Shown piece by piece: positions 28,321 to 37,821 of a stretch of DNA of 64,000 nucleotides (within the stretch, counting starts at the first letter, position 1; every line of letters begins with the position of its first letter). This DNA comes from an uncultured Candidatus Saccharibacteria bacterium (lineage in GTDB: Bacteria; Patescibacteriota; Minisyncoccia; Phycocordibacterales; UBA918): assembly GCA_964350645.1 (NCBI GenBank), contig CAYGJY010000001.1, positions 208,621-272,620 of the forward strand, read 5' to 3'. A model generated the notes under the pieces. It was not told the DNA's origin, ran no database searches, and saw only the letters and a list, made by a program, of their open reading frames with translations. The position numbers and the translations under genes are program-made.

Positions 28321-29433
28321 TTGGCGGCTGTTTCCATTTGTAGTATGATACGAGGCACTATGTCGAGCTTCTCGCGCTATTTTGACAAATTTTTAGGAAC
28401 GATTTCGACCGATATCGGGATTGATCTTGGAACTGCCAATACTCTCGTCTATGTTAAAGGCCGGGGAATTGTTCTCTCGGAGCCAACTATCGTAGCGGTC
28501 AATAAGAAAACTGGTCAGTTAGTGGCAGTCGGCAATGAAGCTAAGTCGATGCTCGGTCGAACTCCTGGTCATATTGAAGTGATCAGGCCACTCGTCGAGG
28601 GTGTTATTTCAGACTTTGAAATTACTGAAGAAATGCTCGCATATCTCATTAACAAAGTGCGTAGCGAAATGCGGCAGATTATCTCACCACGAGTGTTAAT
28701 TGGGGTACCATGCGGCATTACCAATGTAGAAATGCGTGCTGCGCGTGATGCTGCTAAGAACGCCGGTGCCCGAGATGTGTTCTTGATTGAAGAACCCATG
28801 GCAGCAGCTATCGGAGCAAAGCTACCGATCCATAAAGCCGTTGGTAGTATGATTATTGATGTGGGTGGCGGTACGGCCAACATCGCCGTTATTTCACTTG
28901 GTGGAATTGTCACTTCAGAAAACTTACGCACTGCTGGAGATCATCTCAACAGTGCGATCGCAAGCTATATCCGCGATCAATTTAAAGTATTGGTGGGGGA
29001 GAAGACGGCCGAAGAAGCGAAGATTAAGCTTGCGTCAATCGTGCATCCCGATGAAGTAAAAGAATTGGTTGTGCGTGGTCGCGACGTTGTTACTGGTCTT
29101 CCGCGCGAAGTCGTCATTACTGATGCAGATATTCGGGAAGCTATCTCACCTTTGGTTGACTCAATTGTTGATACGGTTCGGTCCGTCCTCGAAAAAACCC
29201 CACCTGAAGTATTGGCAGATATTATGCAGCGGGGCATTCATCTTTCTGGAGGAGGCGCCCTTATCCCGGGCTTTGCGGCACTGTTAGAGGAGGTTTTGCA
29301 AGTACCGGTGATTATTGTGCCGGATCCACTTCGTGCAGTTGTGCGTGGAACTGGTATTGTATTAGAGAATCTTGATGACTATGTTGAAATTCTCATCGAC
29401 AACGAAGGTGAGCTCACGCCGCACCTCTCATAA
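28321..29433 (+). CDS. mreB: rod shape-determining protein MreB (paralog 2, in the mreBCD cluster)
   Basis: IGIDLGTANTLVYVKG; the true start is probably an internal Met (MSSFSRYF…). Confidence 0.85.
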   Translation: MAAVSICSMIRGTMSSFSRYFDKFLGTISTDIGIDLGTANTLVYVKGRGIVLSEPTIVAVNKKTGQLVAVGNEAKSMLGRTPGHIEVIRPLVEGVISDFEITEEMLAYLINKVRSEMRQIISPRVLIGVPCGITNVEMRAARDAAKNAGARDVFLIEEPMAAAIGAKLPIHKAVGSMIIDVGGGTANIAVISLGGIVTSENLRTAGDHLNSAIASYIRDQFKVLVGEKTAEEAKIKLASIVHPDEVKELVVRGRDVVTGLPREVVITDADIREAISPLVDSIVDTVRSVLEKTPPEVLADIMQRGIHLSGGGALIPGFAALLEEVLQVPVIIVPDPLRAVVRGTGIVLENLDDYVEILIDNEGELTPHLS

Positions 29434-30346
29434 GAAACGCTTGCGCTCTATTATTCTGCTTGGGGGAGGACTCCTGGTTGTCCTTTTGTTACTGCCACGT
29501 GTGTTTGGCTTTGTGTCGTCATTGGTATTTATGCCCCTGGCGATTACTGAGTCAGCCACGGCACGAATCAGTGCGCTGTTGCCAGCGTACTTCACTGATC
29601 GTCATGAGTTAATTACACAAATTAATCAACTGGAAGCTCGGATCGCTCAAGAATCAAGTGGTGCAAGTACGGTAGTAACATTGCAAAGAGAAAATCAAGC
29701 GCTGCGAGCTCTGCTTGGTGATGAAACAGATCAACGTATCGCTGCCGGAGTGATTGGACGACCGACGGTAACTCCTTATGATGTCTTGGTAATTGACCAG
29801 GGTAGTAGCTCCGGAATTGTCGAGGCAGCACCAGTGTATGTGGGTAGGGATCAGGTGATTGGCTTTGTCGAGCGAGTCTATGAACATAGCGCGGTTGTCG
29901 TCCTTGCGACGACTCCTGGGTATGCATCAACTGTGTATATTTATGGTCCAAACATCTATACAACCGCTCGCGGATTAGGCGGTGGTGTGCTTGAAGTTAG
30001 CGTGCCGCAAGGAATCGAGATTGCTGAGGATGATGTTGTGGTATTGCCATCACTTAGTTCTGGTGTGTATGGCACACTCAGTGTTATTGAATCAATCGCG
30101 TCAGAGCCAGAACAACGCGGCTACGTGACATCCCAAGTACCACTGCACAGTTTACGTTTTGTTAGTGTAGGTCGAAAGCCGCTTGAAGTGATCTCTTTTG
30201 ACAGCGCCCGTGAGGTGGTGGCTGAGGCACGTGAAGCATTATTACGAATCCCGGTGCCAGCGGGGGTGTTGGTCGATTTTCAAGAAGATACTGGCACTAC
30301 CACTGCCAGTACGACAGAAGCGGCTACTACTTCGCCTGCCGTATGA
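29372..30346 (+). CDS. mreC: rod shape-determining protein MreC
   Basis: N-terminal TM, coiled coil (QINQLEARIAQE…RENQALRALLG), then beta-domain; the start probably lies downstream of 29372. Confidence 0.7.
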   Translation: MMTMLKFSSTTKVSSRRTSHKKRLRSIILLGGGLLVVLLLLPRVFGFVSSLVFMPLAITESATARISALLPAYFTDRHELITQINQLEARIAQESSGASTVVTLQRENQALRALLGDETDQRIAAGVIGRPTVTPYDVLVIDQGSSSGIVEAAPVYVGRDQVIGFVERVYEHSAVVVLATTPGYASTVYIYGPNIYTTARGLGGGVLEVSVPQGIEIAEDDVVVLPSLSSGVYGTLSVIESIASEPEQRGYVTSQVPLHSLRFVSVGRKPLEVISFDSAREVVAEAREALLRIPVPAGVLVDFQEDTGTTTASTTEAATTSPAV

Positions 30347-30603
30347 GATTTTTATTATTTTGCATCTTGGTTATCTTGAGTACTTTGCTGCCTTGGCCGG
30401 GGCTATTGTTATTGGCAATAGGCTATGCGCTCTATGTTTCTGCAGCGTATGAGTTGATTGTCCTAGGAGGACTAATTGATGCGTACTATGGAGTAGCAGT
30501 TGTTGTGCCGTACTATACGCTCGTCGCTGTTGCAATCGTATTGTGTATTGAACTTATCAAACCACTCCTTAGTGTTTATACTGATGAGTACAGTCTTCGT
30601 TAA
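30343..30603 (+). CDS. mreD: MreD-like small membrane protein
   Basis: 86 aa, 3 TM, in the canonical position between mreC and PBP2; shorter than a typical MreD. Confidence 0.4.
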   Translation: MRFLLFCILVILSTLLPWPGLLLLAIGYALYVSAAYELIVLGGLIDAYYGVAVVVPYYTLVAVAIVLCIELIKPLLSVYTDEYSLR

Positions 30604-30605
30604 CT

Positions 30606-32309
30606 ATGTTTTTTCGCCGCAAATCAAAAAATCAGGTTGAGTTCGATGAGATTTTTCTTGATGCGTCCAATTTGCCTTCATTCAACCAGGGTCGTCTCGA
30701 AGGAAAAATGGAATTACCAATCACCAGGCGCAATGTACTTTTAATTGGAGGTCTGTTTGTTATTGTTGCACTATTGTTTTTGAGCAAATTATTTACTCTG
30801 CAAGTGATTCATGGGGCAACGTACCGGGAACAAAGTGAAGCCAATCGAATTAATGAAGGAGTGATCATCGCTGAACGGGGTGTGGTCTATGATCGAAATA
30901 ACGAATTAGTTGCTTGGAATGAACATGACTATACAGATGAATATGCGTTTCCCGTACGGGCGTATTCAGACCGCTTGGGTATTGGACAGCTGATTGGGTA
31001 TGTGAGTTATCCGCAGAAAGATAGTCGAGGTTTTTATTTCCGTACCGAGTACATCGGTCGTAACGGAGTCGAAGGGTCTTATCATGCTATGTTGAGTGGT
31101 CAAAACGGCCAGCGATTAGTTGAAGTTGATGCACATGGGTCAGTGGTGTCTGAACATGCGGTTGAAGAACCGGTGCCGGGAGGAGAGGTGCATTTGTCGA
31201 TCGATGCTGAGCTCTCAGAGGCGATGTACAACATCATTGCGACATCAACTGCTCAGTCAGGTTCGCGTAGTGGTGCCGGGGCAATTATGGACGTGCGAAC
31301 TGGTGAGATTATTGCAATGACTAGTTTTCCATCGTATGACCCGGAAGTGATGGCGGACGGTGATGACGTCGCTTTGATTAATCAATACAACGCTGATGAG
31401 CGATTTCCGTTTCTCAATAAAGTGATTGCAGGTGCCTATACACCCGGATCAATCGTGAAGCCATTTGTGGCGTACGGGGCATTGGCAGAAAACATTATTA
31501 GTCCAGAGAAAACCATTGTTAGTACTGGAGAAATCGTTATTCCAAACCCTTATAACCCATCTAACCCATCGATCTTCCGTGACTGGCGAGCTCATGGAAA
31601 AATGACCATGCGTGAAGCAATTGCATTCTCTTCAAACGTCTACTTTTATATTATCGGTGGTGGTTTTTTGGATCAGCCTGGGTTAGGGATTACTAAAATG
31701 CATGAGTATTTTAGTTTGTTTGGTTTTGGCAAAGAATCAGGCATCAATCTCGATAATGAACAAACGGGTACGGTGCCAAACCCTGAATGGAAGCGTGAAT
31801 TGTTCGATGATGACTGGCGTTTGGGGGATACGTATTTCACTGCTATTGGTCAATATGGTTTTCAGGTGACGCCACTTCAGATGCTGGTAGCCTATGGGGC
31901 GCTCGCCAATGGAGGGAAGTTATTTGTGCCACATATTGAAAAAGACGTCGTAGGAGAGTCGACAGATCTTGGTCTTGATCCAGCAAAGTTGTCCGTGGTG
32001 CAAGAGGGGATGCGTAAGACAGTTATTCTTGATGGTGGTACTGCCCGGTCACTTGAGAAACCCTATGTCAACATCGCGGCTAAGTCTGGTACTGCTGAGC
32101 TCGACTTCGCTAAGGCTCGGTTAAACACGTGGGCTGCTGGTTACTGGCCGTATGAAGACCCTCAGTATGCATTTATTATTCTGATGGAAAACGCACCGTA
32201 CGCTAATCGTTTAGGGGGTACGCGCGTGATGGGTGATGTAATGGATTGGATCAATGTACATAGACCTGAGTATTTAGGGGAAGATGTTGAAACAACAGAG
32301 CTCGAATAG
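30606..32309 (+). CDS. mrdA: penicillin-binding protein 2 (elongasome transpeptidase)
   Basis: SxxK (GSIVKPF), SxN (FSSNVYF), and KSGTA motifs. Confidence 0.8.
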   Translation: MFFRRKSKNQVEFDEIFLDASNLPSFNQGRLEGKMELPITRRNVLLIGGLFVIVALLFLSKLFTLQVIHGATYREQSEANRINEGVIIAERGVVYDRNNELVAWNEHDYTDEYAFPVRAYSDRLGIGQLIGYVSYPQKDSRGFYFRTEYIGRNGVEGSYHAMLSGQNGQRLVEVDAHGSVVSEHAVEEPVPGGEVHLSIDAELSEAMYNIIATSTAQSGSRSGAGAIMDVRTGEIIAMTSFPSYDPEVMADGDDVALINQYNADERFPFLNKVIAGAYTPGSIVKPFVAYGALAENIISPEKTIVSTGEIVIPNPYNPSNPSIFRDWRAHGKMTMREAIAFSSNVYFYIIGGGFLDQPGLGITKMHEYFSLFGFGKESGINLDNEQTGTVPNPEWKRELFDDDWRLGDTYFTAIGQYGFQVTPLQMLVAYGALANGGKLFVPHIEKDVVGESTDLGLDPAKLSVVQEGMRKTVILDGGTARSLEKPYVNIAAKSGTAELDFAKARLNTWAAGYWPYEDPQYAFIILMENAPYANRLGGTRVMGDVMDWINVHRPEYLGEDVETTELE

Positions 32310-32326
32310 GCATTTTTATACACACG

Positions 32327-32354
32327 TTGACCCGCTCGGCATTGTGCGTATAAT
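32327..32354 (+). promoter_or_regulatory. sigma70-like promoter TTGACC-16-TATAAT upstream of greA
   Basis: Read directly. Confidence 0.55.
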
Positions 32355-32851
32355 TGGACACACCAAATAAATCAGAATCTATGAATGACACACAAGCATA
32401 CCTAACCAAAGAGAAATTTGATGAATTGAAGAAAGAACTGGAACACCTCAAGACTGTTCGTCGTAAGGAAGTTGCAGAGTCACTCGAGTATGCTCGAAGC
32501 CTTGGAGACCTCTCAGAAAACGCTGAGTATCAGGAGGCACGCGATATGCAGGCAGCAATTGAAGAACGAATTAGTCACCTCGAACAAGTTATTAAGGAGG
32601 CCAAGATTGTTGCACACGACAAAAATGGCGATGTGATTGGTCTTGGGACTGAGGTAACTATTCAGAAGGATGGTGACTCAAAAGGCATTTCTTACACTAT
32701 TGTTGGTTCTGAAGAGGCTAACATTCACGATCATAAGCTGTCATATCTTTCACCACTTGGTGAAGCTTTGATGGGGAAGACAAAAGGCGAGACCTTTAGT
32801 TTTGAAACACCAAATGGTAAACAGTCATACAAAGTCTTAAAGGTTGGGTAA
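32354..32851 (+). CDS. greA: transcription elongation factor GreA
   Basis: GreA colinearity; the start may be MNDTQ at 32381. Confidence 0.85.
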   Translation: MDTPNKSESMNDTQAYLTKEKFDELKKELEHLKTVRRKEVAESLEYARSLGDLSENAEYQEARDMQAAIEERISHLEQVIKEAKIVAHDKNGDVIGLGTEVTIQKDGDSKGISYTIVGSEEANIHDHKLSYLSPLGEALMGKTKGETFSFETPNGKQSYKVLKVG

Positions 32852-32867
32852 GCGGTATATACATGAC

Positions 32868-32900
32868 AAAGGGCGGCTGTCTTCGACAGCCGCCCTTTGC
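32868..32900 (+). terminator. rho-independent terminator after greA
   Basis: aaagggcggctgtc-ttc-gacagccgcccttt. Confidence 0.75.
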
Positions 32901-32932
32901 ATTTCTCTCCCGAAACGCTAGTATAGAAACCT

Positions 32933-34387
32933 ATGTCATCAATTGAAGAAATTAGGGAAGAGAGAATTCGAAAGCGTGATCAATTGGTCGCAGCTGGGAT
33001 GAACCCCTATGCAGCGACGACCAGCCGTACGCATTCAATTGGTGCTGTTCTCAAAGAGTTTGATACGTTAGCTGATGATGAGACAGAGTTGGTAGTTGCT
33101 GGTCGGGTAATGGCGATGCGTCGCCACGGAGGGTCTGCTTTCGTAGATTTATATGATGGTACAGAACGCATGCAGGTTTTTTTCTCCAAAGATGCTATTG
33201 GTACTCGTTTATTCGAGTTGCTCAATGACACTGTCGATCCAAGCGATTTTATCGAGATTAAAGGAACGCCTTTTTTAACCAAGCGAGGTGCTGAAGCAAT
33301 CGCTGCATCAGACTGGCAAATTTTAACTAAAGCATTACAGGCCGTGCCGGCAGAACACTTTGGTATTAAAGACGAAGATGAGCGCTTGCGTAAGCGATAT
33401 CTGGACATCCTACTTGATCCTGAACTACGCGACTTGTTTATTCTCAAGGCTAAGTTTTGGGATACGACGCGGGCTTTTCTAAAAGAAAAAGGTTTTTTAG
33501 AAGTGGAAACACCAACTCTCGAGGTCACCACCGGTGGTGCTGAGGCTCGTCCGTTCGCTACTCGCCATCATGATTTTGATATGGATGTGTTTATGCGTAT
33601 TTCGGTTGGTGAATTATGGCAGAAACGTCTGATGGCAGCGGGTGTGCCAAAGACATTTGAAATTGGACGAGTCTATCGCAATGAAGGGTCGAGTCCGGAG
33701 CATCTCCAAGAATTCACTAATATGGAATTCTATTGGGCGTATGCCAACTATGAAGATGGCATGAATCTCGTGCGAGAGTTATACATTCGTATCGCTTCAG
33801 AAGTATTTGGTACAACCAAGTTCACTACCCGTGGCCATACGTTTGATTTGGCTGATGAATGGACTAAGATTGATTATGTAGAAGAGATCAAGCGACAGAT
33901 CAAAGTTGATGTCACTTCAGCCACTGAAGTTGAGATGGCGGCGACGGCTGCTGAATTAGGAATTACGTATGAAGGAGGTAACCGAGAACGTCTTATTGAT
34001 ACACTTTGGAAGTATTGCCGCAAGCATATCACCGGCCCTGCATTCTTAATACATCACCCACTTATTGTTGGCCCATTGGCTAAAAAAGTTCCAGGTAAAC
34101 AAGTGGTAGAAATGTTTCAGCCAATTATTGCAGGAAGTGAGGTAGGACGCGGATATAGCGAACTTAATGATCCAATTGACCAGGCGGCACGATTTGCTGT
34201 TCAGCAACGACTACTCGATGGAGGTGACGAAGAAGCTATGATGCCAGACCATGAGTTTGTTGACATGCTTGAATACGGTATGCCACCAACCTGTGGCTTT
34301 GGTTTTGGTGAACGTTTCTTTGCTTTTTTAGTGGATAAGCCACTACGTGAGACGCAACTCTTTCCACTTGTTAAGCCACGTGATTAA
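32933..34387 (+). CDS. lysS: lysyl-tRNA synthetase (class II)
   Basis: Full LysRS colinearity, 484 aa. Confidence 0.9.
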   Translation: MSSIEEIREERIRKRDQLVAAGMNPYAATTSRTHSIGAVLKEFDTLADDETELVVAGRVMAMRRHGGSAFVDLYDGTERMQVFFSKDAIGTRLFELLNDTVDPSDFIEIKGTPFLTKRGAEAIAASDWQILTKALQAVPAEHFGIKDEDERLRKRYLDILLDPELRDLFILKAKFWDTTRAFLKEKGFLEVETPTLEVTTGGAEARPFATRHHDFDMDVFMRISVGELWQKRLMAAGVPKTFEIGRVYRNEGSSPEHLQEFTNMEFYWAYANYEDGMNLVRELYIRIASEVFGTTKFTTRGHTFDLADEWTKIDYVEEIKRQIKVDVTSATEVEMAATAAELGITYEGGNRERLIDTLWKYCRKHITGPAFLIHHPLIVGPLAKKVPGKQVVEMFQPIIAGSEVGRGYSELNDPIDQAARFAVQQRLLDGGDEEAMMPDHEFVDMLEYGMPPTCGFGFGERFFAFLVDKPLRETQLFPLVKPRD

Positions 34388-34427
34388 TGTGTAACTTTTC
34401 TTCTCATGGTGGTGTTACAGGCCCATA

Positions 34428-35168
34428 ATGAGTACTTCAACCTATCACGTCGGCATTATTCTCGATGGTAATGGCCGTTGGGCAAAAGCGCAGGGAAAGC
34501 CACGTCTTTTCGGTCACACAGCTGGTTTTAAAAATGTTGAACCAGTCTTACAAGCGGCGCTCGACATGAACATCACCACGCTGACAGTGTATGCGTTTGC
34601 GATTGCAAACTGGAATCGAGATAAAGACGAGGTGGATGGGTTGTGGAATATTTTCCGATTATTTTTTACCTCTGAGCTGGAGAAAATCAAAAAAAACGAA
34701 GTGCGCGTTAAAGTGATCGGGAGACGAGATGAGATTGCCGACGATGTCGTAACCCTGATCGAAAAAGCTGAAGTTGAGACTGCACATTTCACCAAGGCCA
34801 CGTTCCAGATAGCTTTGAACTATGATGGGGTAGAAGAGGTCGTCAGAGCCACGAAGGCGATTGCTGAACAGGTGAGCACAGGTGCCCTCAACAGCGCTGA
34901 CATCACCCCAGAGCTCTTAGAACAACATTTAGATACATCGAGTACACCTGAGGTTGATGTAGTTATTAGAACCGGTATGCCGCCACTTGAGTCAGAAAAG
35001 GGTATGGGAGTCTGGCGCAGCTCATCTTTCTTACAGCTGCAATCTGCTCAGGCGGTATGCGTCTCAACCGAAACACTGTGGCCAGACTTTTCGGCCGCTG
35101 ATCTCAAGGCTGCCATGACCCTTGCTAAACCCGACGATCGATTGTTTGGTGGTCAACGCCAGCACTAA
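34428..35168 (+). CDS. uppS: undecaprenyl-diphosphate synthase
   Basis: GIILDGNGRWAK motif. Confidence 0.85.
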   Translation: MSTSTYHVGIILDGNGRWAKAQGKPRLFGHTAGFKNVEPVLQAALDMNITTLTVYAFAIANWNRDKDEVDGLWNIFRLFFTSELEKIKKNEVRVKVIGRRDEIADDVVTLIEKAEVETAHFTKATFQIALNYDGVEEVVRATKAIAEQVSTGALNSADITPELLEQHLDTSSTPEVDVVIRTGMPPLESEKGMGVWRSSSFLQLQSAQAVCVSTETLWPDFSAADLKAAMTLAKPDDRLFGGQRQH

Positions 35169-35248
35169 GATGTAACTTTTTTAAAGTTACATTGTTTTTA
35201 CATATGAGCACTATTAATGTGCACAACATGTTACTAGGAGGTGACAAA

Positions 35249-35441
35249 TATGTCTCTTGAATATTTTTTAGACGAGGGTGACAGATTAGGAAAGCCTGCT
35301 GGGGGGAAACGTGGAGCCATTGAAAAAGCTCGGCGCGCCGAAGAGAAAAGAAATGTTCTTTTTGCTCAGGGTCTATGGCCGATTCTGGAACCTGTGAATG
35401 GTCCTGAAGGTGATCCTCATCCTTTTTTTTCTGGGCTTTAA
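35249..35441 (+). CDS. hypothetical small protein with a strong SD
   Basis: 63 aa; AGGAGG lies 8 nt upstream of the ATG; GC hairpin downstream (35447..35466). Confidence 0.35.
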
Positions 35442-35557
35442 CAGTAGGGCGGCGAACGCGCCGCCCTGACCGCACCTGTGGTAAAGCACCATGGGTGTTT
35501 TTTGCTGCTTATATTTTGACACTGAGACTGGCCACGGTGTCTTTAGTTGGAAATTAT

Positions 35558-35585
35558 TTGCATAAATAAACTTTATCAGTATAAT
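35558..35585 (+). promoter_or_regulatory. sigma70-like promoter TTGCAT-16-TATAAT
   Basis: Read directly; drives the short unit that ends at the 35695..35730 terminator. Confidence 0.5.
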
Positions 35586-35596
35586 CAAAATACATT

Positions 35597-35674
35597 ATGA
35601 ATTTTATAACTGCACAAAAGATGCACCGGTGGATGAAGCCTTCTTCGGAAGTCGTCTTTTGTATGTGTGGATAA
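35597..35674 (+). other. 25-codon mini-ORF / candidate small RNA between the promoter and terminator
   Basis: MNFITAQKMHRWMKPSSEVVFCMCG; no SD. Confidence 0.3.
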
Positions 35675-35694
35675 TTATTCTCCTAATCATGTAA

Positions 35695-35730
35695 GCGGCC
35701 ACTTCCTTAGTACGGAAGTGGCCGCTTTTC
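35695..35730 (+). terminator. rho-independent terminator
   Basis: gcggccacttcc-ttagtac-ggaagtggccgc, then TTTTC. Confidence 0.75.
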
Positions 35731-35757
35731 TAATCTTTAATACGTAATTTATCTACT

Positions 35758-36204
35758 ATGAATTCAACACAACCAACCATAATAATTTTTGATTTTATGC
35801 GTACGCTGTATGATCCTGAGAGTGATTCATTAATCATGGGAGCTATAGAATTACTGGACGCTTGCAAGAAAAATCATCATGAACTTTATGTGCTTTCACG
35901 TAAAGAAGGTCAGCGGCGTACGCGAATAGATGAATTAGATATCGCACACTATTTTAAAGAGATTAGATTGGTTGAGGATAAACAAATAGACATGCAATTA
36001 TTTCGCAAGTTGCATCCAGATAAGACTATCTGGGTAATTGGGGACAGGGTTCGGGGTGAGATCCGGCATGGAAATGAGATTGGAGCAGTCACGGTTTGGT
36101 TCAAAAATGGTTTGTTTCAGGATGAAGAGCCCCAGACAGGTGAAGAAAAACCAGACTTTACAATCTCCAAACTTAGTGAATTTATAACAATTTTAGCTCA
36201 GTAG
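35758..36204 (+). CDS. HAD-superfamily hydrolase-like protein
   Basis: N-terminal DxD-like FDFMRTLYD and VIGDR motifs. Confidence 0.5.
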   Translation: MNSTQPTIIIFDFMRTLYDPESDSLIMGAIELLDACKKNHHELYVLSRKEGQRRTRIDELDIAHYFKEIRLVEDKQIDMQLFRKLHPDKTIWVIGDRVRGEIRHGNEIGAVTVWFKNGLFQDEEPQTGEEKPDFTISKLSEFITILAQ

Positions 36205-36284
36205 AAACGGTTGCATTATGTTGGCGGAGAGATCTACCCGCCAACACAGTTCGACAGTTTCACCAACAACTACAGGGGGCCATC

Positions 36285-37556
36285 ATGGCAGACGTTATAA
36301 AACTCCAGACTGCAATCGAGCAGCTGGGACTTTGGCAGGCAACTGGGGATGATGGGCGACACCGGTATCGGTACAAGCTCATCCCTGGCACGTTCAGGCT
36401 CACTGCTGATATGAGACAACAGCTGGGTGACATCGCGTCACTGACTACCGGTGGACTACAAGCTTCGGCTGCTCTGTCTGCTGCTCTGGGGAAAATTTCT
36501 CAGGCCGGCAAACAACTGACCGCAAAAGAGGCTGCTATCCTGAGGATGCTTAAGGCATCTTGTCAGGGATATCACTTTGCACCTGAAGTGCAGTCGTTGC
36601 CACCGATCGTCAAAGTTGATTTGGCGTGGGATGGTGAGCAGTTGCAGGTGCTAGAGATCGATACCTATAACCCCCGTGGGTTGGCGTACGCTTTCTGGTT
36701 GCGCCATGTTCATGTGCAGGCAGGGGATACTGAGGCAAAACACCCGGTCTTACTCCAGGCATTGCAGGCAGAGCTTGGAGGGGGTCAAGATTTGGTGTGG
36801 CTGTACTCCGAACGTGAACGCTATTACGCCCCAGTCCTGCGCGCTTTTGCGCAGGTTGTGGGCGAATACGGTATCAATGTGCGAGTGGTTGGGGAGCATC
36901 AGTTGCCCGATGACTTAAGCGATACTGCTGACGGCTTTCTCTCTGAGAACGAGAAACTGTTGATTGTCCCTGATCGTATGCACGATAAAATCGCTGCCAG
37001 GAATGCTTTGGTGCAGTTTGCTTTACAGTATCCTGAAAGGATGTTGACGCCGTATGTGCCACATTTGGGAGCCAAGGGTTTGCTGGCGTTCCTGACCAAC
37101 GGCAACAGTGATGCTGAGGTAGCTGCCTGGCAGGATTTGTATCTTTCGTCAGCGGTAAAATCGCTGGCTGGTCGGTACATTCCTAGTGCTGCAATTTTGG
37201 GTAAGCAGTTCACTCGCCGTGATCTGCCGGACTTCGTGGCTGATGGTCAGTCAGTACTGAAAGCAATCAACAGTTCTGGTGCGAAAGGTGTGTATATGCC
37301 AGACGCATCAGAGCATGGATCAGTATTGGCAACTGCTCGAAACCAACGCAATATAAATTTTATTGCGCAAAAACTGATCCGACAGTCACCGTTGCTTCTT
37401 GAGGGATGTGTAGCAGAGGAGTCGCACCTGGTGCGGATCACAGCCTACGTTGATACACGTACAAGCAGGTGCTTGGACGCTGAGTTGACGGGGACGGGCT
37501 CTGATCCGCTTGTACATGGCGGCTCTAGCTGTGTACAGTTACCGGCCATCTTCTGA
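36285..37556 (+). CDS. hypothetical protein (GC-elevated)
   Basis: 423-aa ORF at about 56% GC versus about 33-45% in flanking genes. Confidence 0.45.
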   Translation: MADVIKLQTAIEQLGLWQATGDDGRHRYRYKLIPGTFRLTADMRQQLGDIASLTTGGLQASAALSAALGKISQAGKQLTAKEAAILRMLKASCQGYHFAPEVQSLPPIVKVDLAWDGEQLQVLEIDTYNPRGLAYAFWLRHVHVQAGDTEAKHPVLLQALQAELGGGQDLVWLYSERERYYAPVLRAFAQVVGEYGINVRVVGEHQLPDDLSDTADGFLSENEKLLIVPDRMHDKIAARNALVQFALQYPERMLTPYVPHLGAKGLLAFLTNGNSDAEVAAWQDLYLSSAVKSLAGRYIPSAAILGKQFTRRDLPDFVADGQSVLKAINSSGAKGVYMPDASEHGSVLATARNQRNINFIAQKLIRQSPLLLEGCVAEESHLVRITAYVDTRTSRCLDAELTGTGSDPLVHGGSSCVQLPAIF

Positions 37557-37584
37557 GTACCTGATCAGAAGACGAAAACATAAA

Positions 37585-37617
37585 CCGGGCGCGTGAGCGC
37601 GCCCGGTTTTTCTTTTT
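37585..37617 (+). terminator. rho-independent terminator
   Basis: ccgggcgcg-tgag-cgcgcccgg, then TTTTTCTTTTT. Confidence 0.85.
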
Positions 37618-37747
37618 GTCGAAGGTTTGTGTTGCCTGGTTGTCCACAGGAAAGTGTGCCGAGGTGGTTGTCGGTGGGTTGAAGTGGTGTATAGTGTAGG
37701 AGTGGTGGGAGATAGTGGTATACTTTAGAAATAAAGTATATGAAGAC

Positions 37748-37809
37748 GATCTGATCTGAATACCCGCTGCCACGGCTCCACCCGTAGTGGCAGGTCTTCA
37801 GATCAGATC
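37748..37809. repeat. 62-nt composite inverted repeat directly upstream of mraZ
   Basis: Outer 12-bp perfect arms gatctgatctga/tcagatcagatc, inner 7-bp ctgccac/gtggcag. Confidence 0.7.
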
Positions 37810-37821
37810 AGAATTATCAAT

